Assembly: GCF_006345805.1 (NCBI RefSeq)
Contig: NC_043003.1
Coordinates: 20,956,001-21,020,000, forward strand
Origin: Octopus sinensis
Taxonomy: Eukaryota
Direction of reading: 5' to 3'
Length of the DNA stretch: 64,000 nt
The stretch's first letter is position 1. Each line of letters starts with the position of its first letter. The notes below the pieces were generated by a model. That model was not told the DNA's origin, did no database searches, and was given only the letters and a program-made list of their open reading frames with translations. Of this stretch, positions 42,101 to 54,400 are shown piece after piece. The position numbers were made by a program, and so were the translations under genes.

Positions 42101-42944
42101 TAAAATAATTTTGAAATCCCACCATGAGTTTATGGACACACCATATAGTAATTGTGTGTTCGGTTTCTTAAAGAAAATTAGGTTGTAATGTTCTGTAAAA
42201 TCTCTTGGTCACAGATAACAGCCCAATCCTCAGCTCTGGGTCACAAATCAATCCCTAAGCGTACTTTCAAAGTGTAAGGATGTCTCAGATAATATAGTCC
42301 AAATATACTATGTCTAAATAAAAGACGGGACGGATATGGGTAGAATGGTTTTCATTATTGTTTTGTTTGATTAAAACTAAACTAAGGTTGATCAACATCA
42401 ATTTTTTTTTTTTTTTTTGTAAATTTCTCAGATGTTCCTTTTCTGCTTGTAACCTATGGTCTACAACCACATTGGGGCACCACTCACAGTACTTTCAGCT
42501 GATTATACCAACTCAGTACTTGGTCTAGTTGTCATTTTACCCACCTCTATTTATTGTAGTTTTGGTAGCAGACATTTTCTTGTGTTGCTGCCTGTTGTGA
42601 CCAAAACCTGAATCACACCAAACAATTATTCCTGCATATAACAATTCTATTTATAATGATAAATTGTTTGTTTAATTACTGTTGTTTATTTAATTAATAG
42701 CATTATTTTTTAATTACAGTTCAGACTTCCGTGGGCCCAATGGCACAGACTGCTGATGGTTTGGTTATGGCAACAAAAGCATTGTTTTCTCAGGAAGTCT
42801 TTGAAATGGATCCCCAAATATCCCCTACAGAATTCCAGAATCATGTAAAGAATGATCTTTCTTGATTTTCATAGATTTATTCATTCTTTTTTTTGTTTGA
42901 TGTGTGAAACAAGTAAAAGATAAAAGATAATAATAGTAATAATG

Positions 42945-42995
<51 letters not shown>

Positions 42996-43479
42996 CTGTA
43001 GCCCATCTTGGTATAAAAGATGGGCTACAGCAAATATTCTGCTCAATACCACAGATTTGCTTGTCAGTTGTTTGACCTTAACCAGTTGAGCATGTCCCTT
43101 AGTGGCTGACAATATGTGCATCTCTGATCACGAGCAGAAGTAGTGGGGGAGCATCATAGCCATGTGTTGAGAAGGATTCTTTGGGGTTTGAATAATTCAC
43201 CTCTGGAAACATGGGTGTTTCGTTCAACGTCCTTAAACAACCCTTATTCAGGGACCTTTTGAGCGGGATGAGTTACTCGATCTGAAGAAAATTCTAACTG
43301 GGCTCCACCTGCAAGGTCATGTGCTGTTTATCTTGATATGAGATCACCATGTCGCGCACATATGGTTATGATGCATGTGCCTGGTGTACCCTTATCAGAC
43401 GGGTAGTCATGATGGGTATACTGGGCTTCGTATATTTTACCCCAGTGTCACTTTGATGGCATGCTCTGCTCGCTCACTC

Positions 43480-43511
<32 letters not shown>

Positions 43512-44188
43512 TAATAATAACAAATATATTTTCTGTTACTTTTCAGTTGTTTGATGGCAAGAGAAAACTGCAGATTGGATATTATGAGACTGATAATTTA
43601 GTTAGTGCTACCCCAGCCTGCCGTAGAGCAGTTCATTTAGCAAAGAAAGCATTGGAAGCCAAAGGGCATACGGTAAGAATGTTATTATTTTAAAGAGACT
43701 CGTTAGGTAAAGCTGGAAGAATACAAGAAGATATGAAGTAAACTACAAAGAAAACAAATTATTCTTTCATTCTTTTACTTGCTTCAGTTATTTGCTTCCC
43801 AACCAAAGGGTACTGGGTTCAGTTCCACTGTATGGCACCTTGGGCAAATGTCTTCTACTATTGCTTAGGGCCAACCATAGCCTTGTGAGCAGATTTAGTA
43901 GATGAAAATTGAAAGAAGCTCATCATATACATATTGTCAATTCAACAAACAACCAATTCAAAAAAGGAATAAAAAACATAAAGAGGAAAAAAACAAAAAG
44001 AGTAAAAGAGGGAAAACTACAAATGTGAGGACATGCACAAGAATTATATTAGTTTAACGCTCAGTGAAAGGAGAGAGTTTTTAACATTTCATATATGGCT
44101 CTTTGACAGAAAAGAAAAAGGGAAAAGTCTAAAGAAGAAGGAAAATTGCCAACAGTCCATATGTCGTTTCATATCTGAAGTATATATA

Positions 44189-44246
<58 letters not shown>

Positions 44247-45973
44247 CGTGTGTGTGTTATATTCGTCCTCATCCATCATCATCATCATATAATATCTGTT
44301 GTCCATGCTGGCATGGGTTGGATGGTTCAACCAGGGCTGATAACCTGAGGGGCTGCACCAGACTCCAGTCTGATTTGGCATGGTTCCTACAGCTTCATGC
44401 CCTTCTTAACACCAACCACTCCAAGAATGTAATGAATGCTTTTACTTTCCACCAGCGTAGGTGTCAGTTGTGTGACACCAGTATCTGCCATGACTACAAT
44501 TTCAGTTGGCTGGATGGGTCTTCTCCACAAGGACAGCATGTTACCAAAGGTCTCGGTCAGTTGTTATTGCCTCCATGAGGCCCAGTGCTCGAAAGGTGCT
44601 TTTTATATGCCACTGGCACAAGTGCTTACACATATGTACATCTATATGTGTGCATGTGTGTGTGTGTGTGTGTGTGTGTTTGTGTGTGTGTGCGTGCATG
44701 CTTGGATTCATGTTTGTCCCCATCATTGCTTGACAACTACTGTTGGTTTATTTATATCCCCGTAACTCAGTACTTTGGCAAAAGAGTCAAATAGAATAAG
44801 AACCAGCCTTAAAATGTAAGTGCTGAATTTGTTCGACTAAAATCCTTCAAGGTAGTGTCCCAACATGATCACAGTCCAATGATTGGGAGAGGCCTTTCTT
44901 GGTCTGGGACTATAGTAAAAGACACTTGCTCAAGGTGCCATGCAGTTGGATTGAACCCAGAACCATATGGCTGGGCAGCAAACTATCATAGCACACTACC
45001 TCCAGGTCGACTTCGCCTTTCATCCTTTCGGGGTCGATAAATTAAGTACCAGTTACGCACCGGGGTCAATATAATCGACTTAATCCATTTGTCTGTCCTT
45101 GTTTGTCTCCTCTGTGTTTAGCCCCTTGTGGGTAGTAAAGAAATATATCATAGCACACTACCATTAGGGTTAGGGCACCTATGAAGAGTCTATCATTGAT
45201 AGCTGTTGTTGTTTCATTTAATTTACAGGTGATTGATTTTACTCCTCCTAGGATCCTTGATGCTGTGCTTTTGGCAGTACAAATAATGTGCTCTGATGGA
45301 CATTTGATGAGCAAATTGATGTAAGTATTCTATAGCTGCACTCCACAAATATTTTGTTTGCACCACAGATTGATTTCATAGAAGGTTTCCATGGATTGGG
45401 GTACCATGGGGTACATAAAAAAAAACTGGTACTCTGTTGTTAAGCACACAACAATGGTTCCACAGTTACTCTCTTTTACTTGTTTCAGTCATTTGACTGT
45501 GGCCATGCTGGAGCACCGCCTTTAGTCGAGCAAATCGACCCCAGAATTTATTCTTTGTAAGCCTAGTGCTTATTCTAACGGTCTCTTTTGCTGAACCGCT
45601 AAGTTATGGGGACGTAAATACACCAGCATCAGTTGTCAAGTGATGTGAGGGGGAACAAACACAGACACACAAACATATACACATACATACATATATATAC
45701 GATGAGCTTCTTTCAGTTTCTGTCTATCAAATCCACTCACAAGGCTTTGGTTGGCCTGAGGCTATAGTAGAGGACACTTGCCCAAGGTGCTATGCAGTGG
45801 AACTGAACCCGGAACCAAGCTACTTACCACACAGCAACTCCTATGCCTATATTTAAGAGATGAGGAATTATGTACATTATTTACATTATTTACATAATGG
45901 TGTAGTGGTTAAGAGTTTGGGCTACTAACACCAAAATTCCAAGTTCAATTCCAGGCAGTGACCTGAATAATAA

Positions 45974-46005
<32 letters not shown>

Positions 46006-46407
46006 ATTATTAATAATAATAATAATAACATCGAAAAATACCTTAGGAATGAGAACCCATGTTCAAAATTTCCCCAAGACACTTGTTGAAGATGAGGACA
46101 ACGATGGTTCCAGTTGATCCGATCAATGGAATAGTGTGCTTGTGAAATTAGCATGCAAGTGGCTGAGTACTCTACTCCACTGACACATGTACCCTTAGTG
46201 TAGTTCTCAGGTAGATTCAGTGTGTGACACAGAATGTAAAATGGCTGGTCCTTTGAAATATAAGTACTACTCAGTTTTGTCAGCTGAGTAGACTGGAAAC
46301 TAAGGCTGATGTTATTTATTAACTACTGTCCACAAAATTGCTGGCCTTGTGCAAAAATTTGAAACCAATATTATCATTATTATTATTGTTATTGTTATTG
46401 TTATTAC

Positions 46408-46466
<59 letters not shown>

Positions 46467-46683
46467 TTAAGATGCAAGTTAACAGAATCATTAGCCTACC
46501 AGGAAAAATGCTTAGCAGCATTTTGTCTGTCGTCATGTTTTGAGTTCAAATTACGCCAAGGTTGGCTTTGCCTTTCATATTTTCAGGATCGATAAAATAA
46601 GTACCAGTTGCGTACTGGGGTTGATGTGATATACTTACTCTTTTCCCTCCAAATTTCAGGCCTTGTGCCTATAGTAGAAAGGA

Positions 46684-46735
<52 letters not shown>

Positions 46736-49700
46736 GGCAGCGAGCTGGCAGCACTGTTAGCATGCCAGGCAAAATGGTTAGCAGCATTTTGTCTGTCTTA
46801 ACGTTCTGAGTTCAAATTCTGCTGAGGTCAACATTGCCTTTCATCCTTTCAGGGTTGATAAAATAATAACCAGTTGAGCACTGGGGCCAATGTTATCAAA
46901 ATTGCTGACCTTGTGCAAAAATTTGAAACTATTATTATTATCCGTGGCCGTTTACAGCCTAGCCCAGCCCCCGTGCCGGTGGCACGTAAAAAGCACCATC
47001 CAACCGTGGCCATTTGCCAGCCCTGTCTGGCACGTGAAAAGCACCCACTACACTCACGGAGTGGTTGGCGTTAGGAAGGGCATCCAGCCATAGAAATCTT
47101 GCCAGATCAGTCTGGGCCTGGTGCAGCCTTCTGGCCTCCCAGACCCCAGTTGAACCGTCCAACCCATGCTAGCATGGAAAGCAGACGCTAAATGATGATG
47201 ATGATGATGATGATTAAGGCACAAGCTAGCAGAATTGTTAGCATGCTGGACAAAATGCTTAGCAGCATTTCGTTTGTCTTTCTTTTGAGTTCAAATTCCA
47301 CCAAGGTTGACTTTGCCTTTCATACTTTCAGTGTTGATAAAATAAGTACCAGTTGAGTACTGGGGTTAATGTGATTGACTTACTCTTTTCCCTCCAAATT
47401 TCAGGCTTTGTGCCCATAGTAGAAAGGATTATATAGCTTTTGAAGGATGCTACCCAACAAGCTAGGGAATGCCAGTCTGCCACAGGGTTACTCATTTACT
47501 GGAGCAACATAAAATGAAATGAGAGGTATATTTGCCATCTCAATATGGCTAACCACTAAGGGTGGGTGTTACTGTAGCTTGTAGCCCCAGGAGAACATCG
47601 TCTCCAGCTGGCTTTAGGCACACTTTCTGTGCCCTTAAGGTATTTGCAAAGGAGGTCATCAGGGAAGGATGAACTCTCTTTGCAAATACCTTAAGGGCAC
47701 AGAAAGTGTGCCTAAAGCCAGCTGGAGACGATGTTCTCCTGGGGCTACAAGCTACAATAACACCCACCCTTAGTGGTTAGCCATATTGAGATGGCAAATA
47801 TACCTCCCACTGTCATGCAGTTACTGTTTATACCTCGTTCAGAGATTTATTGATAAAATGAAATGTTTTACTCAAAAAATACAACTAACAAGCCAGTCTG
47901 GGAATTGAAACCATGCTCTTGCCATAGTGAGTGCAACACTCTGACCACTAGGCCATATGCCTTCACACATTATGCAATCGTTATGTGAGTATATCAGATT
48001 TCATTCAACAAGGCAGTAGCTGTCCCAGCAGATAACACTTGCTCAAGATGCCACATGATAGAATTGAACCAGGAACCATGAGGTTTCAAGGCAAACTTCT
48101 GTCAAGTGTAATGTTTATTTATTCACATTGTTTTGAATTGGTCTCACATTATCTTGTAGCTTTCAGATTTCAGTGATGTGATGGCTTATTTTAAGAATGA
48201 CATTGTAAAGTAGGTGTGATTGGCCAGTTCTGGTCATTTTGAACATAAACCATGTGACATATTTTAGCCGGTTTAAACACTATAGGGTTAAGCACATGAT
48301 TATGCATCCATATTCAAAGCTTTTCCTAATTTTCTACTTTATATAATGAATTACACTATCTGTGAAGGCACATGGCTCAGTGGTTAGAGTGTAGAGCTTA
48401 CGATTGTGAGGTTGTGAGTTCAATTCCCGGACCAGGCTGCATGTTGTGTTCTTGAGCAAGACACTTTATTTCACGTTGCTGCAGTTAACTCAGCTGTAGA
48501 AATGAGTTGCGACATCACTGGTGCCAAGCTGTATCGGCCTTTGCCTTTCCCTTGGATAACATCAGTGGTGTGGAGAGGAGAGTCTGGTATTCATGGGTGA
48601 GTGCTAGCCTTCCACAAACAATCTTGCCCTGACTTGTGCCTAGGAGGGTAACTTTCTAGGTCCAATCCCATGGTCTCCTCTTTATTCTATCTAACAAAGC
48701 AAAAAACAGTTAAAACTGCAGATCACATATTAAGATTATAGTATCATATTTCTGTTAGTTAATAAAAAGATTATACCCGCTTTTACATTACTTTCAGTAC
48801 AACCTGCATATTTTTCTCCTTCTGTTCCAGAAAATATGAAAACCCAAGTAAGGAGTTGTATTTTCTAAGAAATTCAGAAGGTTTTAAGAAAATTATTTCA
48901 ACCCTTGTTTATCCTTTTGTAAGTATTATCTTCTTAATCCCAAATATTTTCCTGCCAAATATGTTTTTTATTTTGCTGATGAAGGACTAATGACTGAAAT
49001 GTCAAGGATGTTTCCTTTCTTTTTAAGGGTTAAACTAAAGCAACATTCATTAAAACTTGACCCTCTCATGTTGTCTTCTTTTTGAGTTCATTGTCTAATA
49101 TAAACATACTTTGTAGAATTCATGTGCATGTGGTGCATATAAAGTCATCGATTACATTGCTGATCATGTGACCAAGAGGTCAAATTTTACTAAAACATTT
49201 ATTTACATTCAGCCATTGTATGCCTCACAGAAATTTCCATGTTGCTAGAAATTCTAGCTCTCTCTCTTTATACTGTACATCTAATTCAAGGGTTTAGCTT
49301 TGCTGGGCATGAGACATTCTGGCACAGCCGTTTTGGCCTTGCCTATTTGGCCTCGCTAATTTGATGCTGACTTACTTGACAGCAGACGTTTTAATGCTTC
49401 ATTTGTTATTCTCTCCCTCCCTCTTCCTTTCTCTCTCTCATCCACTCCTCTCTCCTTCCCCTCTCTGTTTATGAGTGTAAGCATATTTCTCTGTATGAGT
49501 GTGATGAGAGGAAAAATGCCTATGTTCACTGTGTTGATTTAATATATGGCAATATCCCCCCCTCTTTCTCCTTCTCTCTGTTCCTCTCTTTGTTTTTCTC
49601 TTCAACTCTCTTTATCTGTATGTGTATGTTTCTGCATACATGTGCATGTGAGTTTGCACATGTGTGTGTGTATGTGTGTGTGTGTGTGTGTGTTCAGCAC

Positions 49701-50852
49701 CAAAAATTCCTGTCACCTAAGCAAGACCAGTGTCCCACTCAGCCATACCAAATCACCAGCATCCAAACAGCTGCACCCAGTTGTCTCATTTTGGCCGTGT
49801 CACATCATCTCACACTGATTCAGCCTAACAACAGTGTGAAGAGTACACAGTGCACATGTCTGTGGAATACTCAGCCACTAGTATGGTTATTTCATGAGTA
49901 AGAATTCATCTGGTTGAGCAAACAACTGAATACTCAAAGGTTCATATTTATTTCTTTATTACCCACTGGGGGATAAACATAGAGGAGACAAACAAGGACA
50001 TACAAAGGGATTAAGTCAATTACATCAACTCTAGTGCATAACTGGTACTTATTTAATCGACCCCGAAAGGATGAAAAGCAAAGTTGACCTCAGTGGAATT
50101 TGAACTCAGAACTCAGAAATAATGCTAAGCATTTTGCCTCGCGTGCTACTACTGAGTATACTTTGAAATTATAGAAAACAATTTCATGTGGCTGTTGTCA
50201 GTGTCACATAATTGGCACCTGTGCTGATGGCACATAAAAAGCACCTTTCGAGTGTTGGGCCTCACAGAGGCAATGACAAATGACTGAGACCTTTGGCAAT
50301 ATGCTGTGCTTGTGTAGAAGACTCATCCAGACAAATGAAATGGTAGTCATCATAGGCACTGGTGTCATACAACTGACACCCGTGCCAGTGGCATGCAAAA
50401 GCACACATTACACTCTCAGAGTGGTTGGCATTAAGAAGGACATCCAGTCGTAGAAATCACACCAAATCAGACTATAGTCTGGTGCGGCCCCTCAGCTTAT
50501 CAGCCTTGGTCGCACCGTTCCACCCATACCAGCATGGACAATGGATATTGAATGATGATGGTGATGATGATGAAATAAATAAATAGATAAATAATAACTC
50601 AACAAATAAATAAAAGAAAAAAAATAAGATGGTTTTTAAATGAAAAATATTTTGCAGTTCTATATTTAAGAGATAAAGAATTATGTACATTATTTACATT
50701 ATTTACATAATTTACATTTGACGGATATTTGTCCTCATCTTGTTTGTTGTTAACACAACGTTTCAGCTGATATACACTCCAGTCTTCATCAGGTGTCTTG
50801 GAGAAATTTCGAACCTGAGTTCTGATTCCTAAGGTATTTTTCAATGTTATTA

Positions 50853-50919
<67 letters not shown>

Positions 50920-51445
50920 TGTCACTGCCTGGAATCGAACTCGGAACTTTATGTTAACAGCAAACAAGATGAGGACAAATATCCGTCAAATGTAAATAAT
51001 GTAAATAATGCAAAAATATTTTGCTTTCCCATCATTTGTTTGTTCACTTCTTTACTTTATGTTAATCCTTCTGTTTTGCCAGGACAAGTTTTCATCTAAA
51101 GTCATTAATGCATTAGATGGATGTAGGTGAGTGTAAAACATTTTATCCTGTCTTTGCTTGTTTGTTTCTATATATATATATCTTTCTTTCCAGTAAACTC
51201 TGCTGCTCTTTACCATACTGTTTACATCATGGAGTCTATACCTTTGTTTATTGTTATACTTTAATCTTTTGCACTACAGTGTTTATGTTGTGATGTTCAC
51301 ACAATAATACGCCCCAGCATGGGCACAGTCTAATGACTTAGACAAGTAAAAGAACAAAAGAATATATATACATACATATATGTATGCATATGTATATATA
51401 TATTTGTATGTATATATGTATATATATATATATAGAGAGATAGAG

Positions 51446-51499
<54 letters not shown>

Positions 51500-54400
51500 A
51501 ACTTACTTGGAAAAGGATGCATGGCATTTGATCATCATCATCATCATCATCATCGTTTAACGTCCGTTCTCCATGCTAGCATGGGTTGGACGGTTCGACC
51601 GGGGATCTGGGAAGCCAGAAGGCTGCACCAGGCTCCAGTCTAATCTGGCAATGTTTCTACAGCTGGATGTCCTTCCTAACGCCAACCACTCCGTGAGTGT
51701 AGTGGGCGCTTTTTACGTGCCACCTGCACAGGTGCCAGGCGAGGCTGACGTGCCACCTGCACAGGTGCCAGGCGAGGCTGGCAATGGCCACGGTCGGATT
51801 GGTGTATTTTATGTGCCACCGGCACGGAAGCCAGCCGAGGCGGTGCTGGCATCGGCCATGAGTCGGATAGTACTTTTTACGTACCACCAGACCAGGGATC
51901 CTGGCTGGTTCAATTCGATTTCGATTTCGATTTCGCTTGCCCCAACATGTCTTCACAAGCAAAGGGGGTTGGCATGGGTGCCTGTCGTACGGTCGGATTG
52001 GAGTATTTTACGTGCCACCGGCACGGAAGCCAGTCGAAGCGGCGCTGGCATCGGCCACGAGTCGGATAGTGCTTTTTACGTACCACCAGACCAGGGATCC
52101 TGGCTGGTTCAATTCGGTTTCGATTTCGCTTGCCCCAGAGGGGGTTGGCATGGGTGTCTGTCGTCGGATGAGGTTCTATATCGACTTCGCTTGCCTCAAC
52201 AGGTCTTTGTGTCCAAGGGAGGAAAGGCATTCATAAGTGGGCTGGGCTCACTTGTCCTGCCTGGTCTTCTCACGTACAGAATATTTCCAAAGGTCTCGGT
52301 CGCTGGTCATTTCCTCAGTGAGGCCTAAAGTTCGAAGGTCGTGCTTCACCACCTCGTCCCAGGTTTTCCTGGGTCTACCTCTTCCACGGGTTCCCTCAAC
52401 TGCTAGGGATTGGCACTTTCTCACACACCTATCTTCATCCATTCTCGCCACATGACCATACCAGCGCAATCGTCTCTCTTGCACACCACAACTGATGCTT
52501 CTTAGGTACAACATTTCTCTCAAGGTGCTAACGCTCTGTCGAGTATGTATACTGACATTACACATCCATCGGAGCATACTGGCTTCATTCCTCACGAGCT
52601 TACGCATGTCCTCGGCAGTCACGGCCCATGTTTCACTGCCATGTAGCATGGCTGTTCGTACACACGCATCATACAGTCTGCCTTTTACTCTGAGCGAGAG
52701 GCCTTTAGTCACCAGCAGAGGTAAGAGCTCCCTAAACTTTGCCCAGGCTATTCTTATTCTAGCAGTTACACTTTCAGCGCACCCACCCCCACTACTGACT
52801 TGGTCACCTAGATAACGGAAGCTATCAACTACTTCTAGTTTTTCCCCATGGAAAGTGACGGAAGTTGTTTTCTGCAGATTTTCGGAGGTTAATGCTCCCG
52901 AGCATCTGCCACATACCAAAACTATCCTCCCAGTTAGCCTACCTTTGACATTGCTGCACCTCTTATGTGTCCATAGCTTACACTGGGTACATCTTATAGA
53001 GTTTCTACCTACACCTTTTCTACAGATCGAGCAGGGCCATCTTCCTGAAGACATTTGTGGATTGTCTACCTTCCTACTTATTAGTACTTTGGTTTTAGCT
53101 AGGTTGACTCTAAGGCCCCTCGATTCTAAACCCTCCTTCCACACCTGGAACTTCTCCTCCAGTTCTGATAGTGACTCAGCAATAAGAGCAAGGTCGTCAG
53201 CGTAGAGGAGCTCCCAGGGTCAGCCTGTCTTGAATTCCTCATATAATAATATAAATAATATATAGATATATGCATATATATATACATATATGTACATACT
53301 TACATATATATGTATAGATACATGCATATATGGGTACAGGACATAAAAAAAAACGTTGAACACAATAAAAAATGAAAACATAGAAAATGAACTTTTTTCA
53401 AACAACGAAAAAAATAAACAGAGAAACGAGACATACAACATAAAGAACATTCCCCTTCATCAGTTGTCCCTGTTTCATCTACTCTGCGTTTCGAAGGCAA
53501 GGACAATACGAGACTTCATTGAAACAGTCCTGCCCACAAAGCAAATTAAATAAAATTTGGGATTTTTTATGGAGGGTGAAAGTGGTAACAAGAACAGGAC
53601 AGTGAGAACAAAACACTAAAAACAAACGGTGAGAGCTGTTAAGCTAAGATGATAGAAAAAATTATTATGAACGCTAGGAGGACGAGCTATGAGAGGAGGC
53701 AGGTATAAGCATGTGTTGTCTTTAGGAAGGAAATGAGCAGAAAGATAGATTCCCGTATGTATATATCTTCTCTGATACAGTATGCATTGAAGTTTTATGA
53801 TTATATGCCCATAGCAGTTCTCCCTAAAGAGCTACAGATGGTTAAATCATTGGTTGATTAATTAATTAGTATATTAAATCGTTAAGGACAAAACTTCAAG
53901 GTACAGGAACGACAATTCTCTTTTTGAATTCTCTCAAATTGTCCAGCCCACCTACATTCAACATGCTAAAATTAGAATAGTTTTTTGCGGTTTGGGATTT
54001 AACTCCTATTTCTAGCATGTTGAGAAACCACTTAGTGGCTTTTCCTTTCATGTATAATTTTTATACTCACATATAAGCTGGTAGAATATTTGGGCTGGAT
54101 ATGGCTGGTTTAAATACTAATGGCTGCAATTGCTAAAGAATGCTAGACCGTAGGATCTTCATATGTGAACCAGAAGTGGTAGAAGAAAAAAACAGTGTGA
54201 CAAGCTACAAGGATTAGAAAGAAGAAGATTTCCAGTTGGTAAAGCTGGGAGTCATGCAATGAAGAGTGGTCTTAGGTAGTTTAAATTATTTAGATTTTAT
54301 AAGATATAAAAAAAAAAATTTTTTAATATTTCAATATTTTTCTCTCTGTTTTTAATTCCAGGAAAACTCAAGACATATATAAATTGGTTGCTGAAAAAGA

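Noticed and set aside
48364-48440. tRNA gene
   Set aside because: A/B boxes are present but continue into a SINE body with multiple diverged copies; no intact cloverleaf.
51573-52328. 251-aa plus-strand ORF
   Set aside because: Antisense to an RTE 3' UTR and inflated by internal duplications.
53400-53520. Hammerhead in a Penelope-like remnant (rc ctgatgaagggg)
   Set aside because: CUGAUGA is present, but no correctly placed GAAA or stems could be built.
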